Source of the DNA: an uncultured Gammaproteobacteria bacterium
GTDB taxonomy: Bacteria; Patescibacteriota; Microgenomatia; CAYXHB01; CAZYTL01
NCBI GenBank assembly: GCA_964650355.1
Contig: CAZYTL010000003.1
Location: forward strand, 1,750-65,749
Direction: 5' to 3'
DNA: 64,000 nt
A program made the translations under genes and the position numbers. The notes beneath the pieces were generated by a model. That model was not told the DNA's origin, made no database searches, and saw only the letters and a list, made by a program, of their open reading frames with translations. Shown here piece after piece: positions 59,359-64,000 of this stretch. The stretch's first letter is position 1. Every line of letters begins with the position of its first letter.

Positions 59359-60345
59359 TTATCCCAATCCTACCACACTTTCCACCCTCTTCAAAGTCTT
59401 GCTCGACACCGCCTTCGCCCTTTCCGCACCGTCAGCCAGTATCTTTTCAATCTCCCCTGAATCCATCACCTCTTTATACCTCTCCCGTATCGGCCTCAAA
59501 GCCGCCAACACCACCTCTCCCAAATCCTCCTTAAACTTCCCGTAACCCACCCCTGCATACTCCTCTTCCAGATCACCCACACTCCTACCGGACAATTCTG
59601 CATAAATCTGCAGCAAATTACTCATCGCCGGCTTATCTTCCCTCATCACAATCTCCGTTCCTGAATCCGTCACTGCCCGTTTAATCTTCTGCCTTACCAC
59701 ATCCAAATCATCTAACAAATTAATCTTCCCATTCTCATTCTCGTCGCTCTTGCTCATCTTCGAGTTCGGATCCTGCAAACTCATAATCCTCGCCCCTAAT
59801 CGGTCAATCACCGGTACCGGCAGTCTCAAAATATCTTTTCCATACCTGCCATTAAACCTCTCTGCAATATCTCTGGTCAATTCCACATGCTGCTTCTGGT
59901 CATCTCCCACCGGTACTTCGTCTATGTCATACAACAAAATATCCGCTGCCATCAATACCGGATAATCAAACAACCCCGCTGAAATAAAATCTTTTTGCTT
60001 CTTAGCCTTATCCTTGTACTGCGTCATCCTTTGCAACTGCCCCACGCTCGTAAAACAATTTAAAATCCACGCCAACTGTGCGTGATCAAAGTTATGCGAC
60101 TGCACAAACACCACTGACTTTTTAGGATCAATTCCGCATGCGAGATAAAGCGCCGTCAGCTCCCGAATCTTCCGCTTCAACACTTCAGGATCCTGGGGCA
60201 CCGTAATCGCATGCAAATCCACAATACAAAACACATTCTCTCTTTCATCCTGCCTCTCCACCCACTGCTTTATCGCCCCAATATAATTGCCAATGTGCAA
60301 GTCTCCGCTCGGCTGAATTCCCGAAAACACCCACTTCTTGTCCAT
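59359..60345 (-). CDS. trpS: Tryptophanyl-tRNA synthetase
   Basis: HIGH motif GDLHIGNYIGA, KMSKS motif and class I TrpRS length (328 aa). Confidence 0.9.
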   Translation of the reverse strand: MDKKWVFSGIQPSGDLHIGNYIGAIKQWVERQDERENVFCIVDLHAITVPQDPEVLKRKIRELTALYLACGIDPKKSVVFVQSHNFDHAQLAWILNCFTSVGQLQRMTQYKDKAKKQKDFISAGLFDYPVLMAADILLYDIDEVPVGDDQKQHVELTRDIAERFNGRYGKDILRLPVPVIDRLGARIMSLQDPNSKMSKSDENENGKINLLDDLDVVRQKIKRAVTDSGTEIVMREDKPAMSNLLQIYAELSGRSVGDLEEEYAGVGYGKFKEDLGEVVLAALRPIRERYKEVMDSGEIEKILADGAERAKAVSSKTLKRVESVVGLG

Positions 60346-60432
60346 AAACTGATTCTACATCATCACCTCAGCTTCATACAACTTCCTCTTAAACGGATCC
60401 AAAGCCAACCGACACGCTGTCTCTCTCACCGG

Positions 60433-61110
60433 TTAAGAATTCACCTTTAGTCCCTCAATCCATCCGTGAATCCTCCGTAAAAAATCAGTACTCTTCCTCA
60501 CCTTAATCCTTAAGACCCCAAAATATTCCTCTGGGTGATCATAAGTCTTTTTCCACTTCACCTGCTGATAAAAGGGTTTCTGGAAGAAACGTTTGTCTAT
60601 TTTAGTAACTTTTGCCCAATATTCCTGAACATCATTAATCCTATACTCATGACTTATATTAAGCGTCACCCGTAAACTTATATCCCTCAAGTTTATTCCA
60701 CAACATTCAACTAACCATTTAATGAAAACTTTAACCATCGTCGGATCAGAATTAGCAAACCCTACCTGCTTGTCCTTTTTGAATCCCTCAGCCCAATAAA
60801 GAGCCACACCCACCAAAAACAACTCTCTTTTGGTTAACTTGCCTACTTCCTCCATCCCAGCTTTCATGAGTCTTTTTGCCCTCTCTTTTCGCTTCCTTTG
60901 CTGTTCCAGGGCATAAGACAATCTTCTACCATAATGAGGATCTTTAGCTCTTCTCTCTAACTCCCTAATCTGATCATCCGATAGCTTAATATCTTTACAC
61001 CAAGCACTAACTGAACCAGGAGAAACCTTTAATTTCTTAGCAATTACCTTTATGCTCTCGCCACCCTTGCGCATCTCTCTTGCCAATCTTCTTTCCTTTG
61101 TCTTGGCCAT
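60433..61110 (-). CDS. HTH-containing protein with degenerate LAGLIDADG-like core (possible free-standing homing-endonuclease-like or regulator)
   Basis: N-terminal ESIKVIAKKLKVSPGSVSAWCK (HTH). LFLVGVALYWAEGFKKDK resembles a LAGLIDADG helix with DGDG replaced by AEG. Confidence 0.35.
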   Translation of the reverse strand: MAKTKERRLAREMRKGGESIKVIAKKLKVSPGSVSAWCKDIKLSDDQIRELERRAKDPHYGRRLSYALEQQRKRKERAKRLMKAGMEEVGKLTKRELFLVGVALYWAEGFKKDKQVGFANSDPTMVKVFIKWLVECCGINLRDISLRVTLNISHEYRINDVQEYWAKVTKIDKRFFQKPFYQQVKWKKTYDHPEEYFGVLRIKVRKSTDFLRRIHGWIEGLKVNS

Positions 61111-61200
61111 TAAGATATATTATACAACAAGCCGGGGTTCAAATTAGTATTGACTTTCAAATAAGTTGAACGTAAAATAAACCTCAGTTTAACAAACACG

Positions 61201-61470
61201 TGCGGGGTAGTGTACGGCTGCACGGAGGGCTAGTAGTATGGGCCCCTTAGGGAGTAATCTCTATTGAATAACCTGGCTATATCGGTAGACAGCCCGATGG
61301 ACATCGGGCCAATATCCGAGGGAAGTCGACCTTATTATCTGGTTTGACCCCGTAGAGACTACACGCCGGGCCCCCGATAAACATCGGGGTGATGATATAG
61401 TCCGACACTCTGAGTAATCAGAGATTACAGATCAGCATAATCCTCCAGACCGGGTTCAACCCCCGGCCCC
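61201..61470 (+). ncRNA. ssrA: Structured RNA candidate with tRNA-like 3' domain (tmRNA-like): 5' tgcgggg pairs with 3' ccccgca; T-arm ccggg-TTCAACC-cccgg
   Basis: Acceptor/T-arm architecture parallels the E. coli tmRNA 3' end (gacgcgggttcaactcccgcc-acceptor). A gaataacctggct segment resembles taataacctgctt at the tag stop. Followed by an intrinsic terminator. No convincing tag ORF found. Confidence 0.35.
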
Positions 61471-61484
61471 GCAACATAAAAAGA

Positions 61485-61506
61485 CCGCCCATATGGCGGT
61501 TTTTTA
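61485..61506 (+). terminator. Rho-independent terminator-like hairpin accgcc-cata-ggcggt + T6 (alternatively an IS200 subterminal hairpin)
   Basis: Perfect 6-bp GC-rich stem followed by tttttt, flanked by an A-run. Confidence 0.5.
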
Positions 61507-61574
61507 ACTGAACATCTCCCCCAAGCTCACAAATTGGTAAATTTAGAGGTGTTCGCTAGGGGGGATCTTTTAAC

Positions 61575-61970
61575 TCAGAAATGATCCGTACGGTTAATAT
61601 AGTCTCGAACCAGTTGTTCGTTAAGTCCACCCACTGTTCGGGCATAATAACCCCGAGCCCAGAATGTCCCGTCTGGTAGCTCTCGTCGTAGCTCAGGAAA
61701 TTCTTTCAACAGTCCTTGGGCTACCTTACTCTTTAATACCTGTAAAACTTTTGAAACTGAAAGCTTTGGTGGTATCAATATCAGCATATGAACATGATCA
61801 ATGGCTACTTTAAGCGTGTCAAATTCGCACCCCAACTCCTGAGCTACTTGGATGAAGAGTGATTCCGCAACTGATGATCTTCGACCACTTAATATCCGTC
61901 TCCTACGTTTAGGGACAAATACAACGTGGTATGAAAAATCAAAGCTCGTATGAGCCGCTGTCCGTTTCAC
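61575..61970 (-). CDS. tnpA: IS200/IS605-family transposase TnpA (HUH Y1)
   Basis: HUH motif IDHVHMLILIPP, catalytic Tyr context RGYYARTVG, 131 aa. Confidence 0.85.
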   Translation of the reverse strand: MKRTAAHTSFDFSYHVVFVPKRRRRILSGRRSSVAESLFIQVAQELGCEFDTLKVAIDHVHMLILIPPKLSVSKVLQVLKSKVAQGLLKEFPELRRELPDGTFWARGYYARTVGGLNEQLVRDYINRTDHF

Positions 61971-62065
61971 TCCTCTATCATATCAGCTATTCGGCCCATG
62001 CGTTTTCCTCACCACCTAGCTTGACTCCCGTCCTGCGCTGGGTGGATTGATAACTTTCAAAATAT

Positions 62066-62836
62066 TTAAGATTTAGGCGGCCAGAATACACCCAAAATAA
62101 TAAAAGTCTTCTTTGGATATACGCTACCCACAATCAAATAAGAATCTTTTTTTTCGCTCCACATTTGATCAAAAAACTTCTGTTTAATCTTATCCAGAAT
62201 TTGATCCATCGCATAACCGTAATTGTCTCTTAGATTCCTATAAAGTTGAAAAACCTCCCAATCATGAATCGAAATTGTGTGCCCCTTACATCTCGGATCG
62301 TCACATACAAACTGATAGCTAAATTTAAAGGGTATTTTTTCTAAATCCTTAGGCTGTTCGCCAAAGAGCTTAAGCTGGCTCAGTTTTTGAAGTTGAACCG
62401 AAGACCATTGTGTGTTATCGGGCTTCGCAATAAAACCCATAATTTCTTTGGGTTTAAAAATCCCAATTGACTTCTTATTTCTATCATACTCATCCAAGAT
62501 TGTTTCCAGTGATCGCGAAGCCGTTGGCAAGATCAACGACTTTCTCTTATTCCACTTTCTATCATTTTTTCGGGTTTCCCAATGATCTCCTAAAATCAAA
62601 GTATTAGGATCCGGGCGGTAACTTTCTTTTCGGAAATCTCTCTCATGCTTTTTAACCCGAGTTGTTATCCACTGATACTTCTTAAACCAACTTTTGAAAG
62701 GCAATTTTCGGAACTCTAAAGGGTAAAGCCTGATCCACTCTCCCCTCCGAGTAACACCGGCCGTACATACGGTCTCATCATATTTTCTAGAAATGGAGGG
62801 ATAAGTCTTAACAACAATAAGAATTTCCTCAACCAT
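62066..62836 (-). CDS. Hypothetical protein (partner of the DUF488 gene)
   Basis: The ORF track start at 62911 would overlap the DUF488 gene by 70 nt. The internal Met (MVEEILIVVKTYP) gives a non-overlapping start. AT-rich. Confidence 0.45.
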   Translation of the reverse strand: MVEEILIVVKTYPSISRKYDETVCTAGVTRRGEWIRLYPLEFRKLPFKSWFKKYQWITTRVKKHERDFRKESYRPDPNTLILGDHWETRKNDRKWNKRKSLILPTASRSLETILDEYDRNKKSIGIFKPKEIMGFIAKPDNTQWSSVQLQKLSQLKLFGEQPKDLEKIPFKFSYQFVCDDPRCKGHTISIHDWEVFQLYRNLRDNYGYAMDQILDKIKQKFFDQMWSEKKDSYLIVGSVYPKKTFIILGVFWPPKS

Positions 62837-62841
62837 CCAGC

Positions 62842-63321
62842 TTATATCGCCAGAATCGTCGTATCCGGTACTATCTTTTGAAGTTCGTCTGCCAAGATTG
62901 TCCTGTGACATAATTCACAATCCTTTTCAAAACACATTACACAGATTGTTTCAAACTGTGTCAAATCCGCAATTTTTTGCACCTCAATGTGTTTATGCTT
63001 AATATAAGCCCGGTACTTACTAAAAAATGTAATATAGTTACCTTCTTGCTTTAATTCATCACGCATTAACTTTGGGCTCCCTAATTCACCAACATGTTGA
63101 TATTGTATACCAGCCTGCTTTAAATACTCCTGTAAAATTTTTTTGGAAAAGCCATGCTTTCTACTTAAAGGGTACTGTCGCACATCAACTAATACCGTCA
63201 CCCCATGTTGCTTCATCTTTCTAATAAACCCTTCTATCGTCTCCTTTTCGTAGCCAGTAAGATAAACAGTTTTGTTCATAAACCCATCTCTAGTTAACCA
63301 CATCTCCTGACTATAAATCAA
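62842..63321 (-). CDS. DUF488-family protein
   Basis: TVYLTGYEKETIEGFIRKM...VLVDVRQYPLSRKHGFSKKILQEYLKQAGIQYQHVGELGSP matches the DUF488 conserved core. Confidence 0.65.
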   Translation of the reverse strand: MIYSQEMWLTRDGFMNKTVYLTGYEKETIEGFIRKMKQHGVTVLVDVRQYPLSRKHGFSKKILQEYLKQAGIQYQHVGELGSPKLMRDELKQEGNYITFFSKYRAYIKHKHIEVQKIADLTQFETICVMCFEKDCELCHRTILADELQKIVPDTTILAI

Positions 63322-63570
63322 ACCTTCTATTGAACTTATCAGCGTATGATTTCTACTAAAATCAGGTATAAAAACAGATTCTAACCTGTCAATAAAATAC
63401 TTTCTGATTTCCCTTCAACAAATTCAGTGCCAGCCTCCACTCCCCGCAACACCACCAAAACTCCTCTCTAGGAGTTTATTTTTTGCTATAATCACTATAG
63501 CTAGCTAAAAGGCAATCCCTAAGGGATCTCTTTAGGACAACTAACAGCTATAAGCTAACAAGCTAATCTA

Positions 63571-63647
63571 GCCAGGGTAGCTCAGTTGGTTAGAGCATCG
63601 GATTCATAAACCGAAGGTCGTGGGTTCAAATCCCACCCCTGGTACCA
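63571..63647 (+). tRNA. tRNA-Met (anticodon CAT), elongator/Ile2-lysidine type, CCA encoded
   Basis: Cloverleaf: acceptor gccaggg/ccctggt, D-arm gctc-agttggtta-gagc, anticodon loop ttCATaa, T-arm gtggg-ttcaaat-cccac, then acca. The anticodon stem lacks the initiator 3xGC signature. Confidence 0.85.
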
Positions 63648-63695
63648 AATCAACCAATCCTTTTTTGCTACGTGATACGTGTTACATGATGCTTG

Positions 63696-63995
63696 CTACC
63701 TGAACCTCTCCCACCACAACTCCCAGTTCGCCTTCTCTTCTACCGTCGGCGTCGGCTCCGGCAGCGCCACTTTAGGCAAGTCTTCCGGCAATACCACCAC
63801 TTCTTCTCCGGGTTTGGCCAAATGCAGCTTATCCCGAATCTCCTTCACCACAAACTCTGTCGCGTCCACCTCTACCAACCGCTGACTCAATTCATAATTC
63901 TCCCTCGCCAGCTTCTTTAGCTCTGCTTCAGTCTCCGTCACCCTTCCTCCAGCTTGTTTTAACCTCCAAATACTCTGCCCCAGGTTCAGCATCAA
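63696..63995 (-). CDS. FtsB/DivIC-like septum-formation initiator (possibly N-terminally truncated by the window end)
   Basis: Coiled-coil ETEAELKKLARENYELSQRL and C-terminal EIRDKLHLAKPGEEVVVL match the FtsB family core. Confidence 0.45.
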   Translation of the reverse strand: MMLNLGQSIWRLKQAGGRVTETEAELKKLARENYELSQRLVEVDATEFVVKEIRDKLHLAKPGEEVVVLPEDLPKVALPEPTPTVEEKANWELWWERFR

Positions 63996-64000
63996 ATAAA

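Larger units (their letters stand above)
61480..62065 (-). mobile_element. IS200-like insertion sequence (approximate ends)
   Basis: tnpA flanked by hairpin-forming sequences (61485-61506; ccacctagcttgactcccgtcctgcgctgggtgg near 62010-62045). Exact termini not determinable without a second copy. Confidence 0.45.

Noticed and set aside
61201-61470. RNase P RNA or SRP RNA as the identity of the structured region
   Set aside because: No match to the RNase P P4 consensus (GGAAAGUCCGGGC ... ACAGAACCCGGCUUA) or the SRP domain IV motif. The tRNA-like acceptor/T-arm fits a tmRNA-like RNA better.
63571-63647. Initiator tRNA-fMet identity for the CAT tRNA
   Set aside because: The anticodon stem lacks three consecutive G-C pairs and the 1-72 pair is G-U, not the initiator-type mismatch. 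It is elongator Met or lysidine-Ile2 type.
1-64000. CRISPR arrays, rRNA genes and reverse transcriptase/DGR
   Set aside because: No regularly spaced direct repeats with unique spacers, no rRNA-like conserved segments and no RT motifs (YxDD) were seen on reading. The tandem repeats present are short heptamer arrays, not CRISPR.

Overview
The window is a gene-dense bacterial chromosomal segment with about 60 CDS, most of them on the minus strand. The given + strand is strongly C-rich and G-poor along the whole window, including inside + strand genes, so there is no skew switch and no origin or terminus here.

Housekeeping and envelope genes I can recognise:
- a type IV pilus/secretion module: partial pilC, pilB, two stand-alone CheY-like receivers and a PAS histidine kinase
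- acylphosphatase, peptidyl-tRNA hydrolase, GT2/GT28/GT4 glycosyltransferases and a SAM methyltransferase
- two alpha/beta hydrolases, a metallophosphoesterase, a P-type ATPase and MscS
- ATP-dependent DNA ligase, subtilisin, an SPFH protein, Fic, GreA, RecF, Nudix, Fpg/MutM, a stand-alone 5'-3' exonuclease, FtsH and TrpS

The 3' end carries a small island: a tRNA-Met(CAU), a DUF488 gene with an unknown partner, an IS200-type TnpA, a tmRNA-like structured RNA candidate with an intrinsic terminator, and an HTH/LAGLIDADG-like gene.

The things I would look at again first:
1. An ~87-bp double-hairpin palindromic element sits in-frame inside coding genes, twice in the ligase and once in a wHTH regulator paralog. 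Both stems show compensatory base changes between copies.
2. Short heptamer tandem repeats are embedded in-frame in pth, the P-type ATPase, recF and fpg. The pilB-pilC spacer is a ~300-bp, 7-nt-periodic stop-rich array.
3. A 1235-aa multi-TM surface protein and a small pilin-like protein share a C-terminal EIP..TV..FSITS.GEF.G.L membrane module and a 20-nt upstream motif.
4. A ~415-bp ~60% GC cassette bounded by 13-bp inverted repeats encodes a small secreted peptide.
5. A seven-gene cluster of entirely uncharacterised proteins at 50341-56635 has a candidate PD-(D/E)xK motif and a P-loop.
6. A 45-nt conserved module lies upstream of both pilB and ftsH, and a family of 6-6-6 palindromic hairpins (SCCCGA-NRRACA-TCGGGS) recurs in the window.

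I would guess a reduced-genome, CPR-like bacterium, but that is inference from gene content only.
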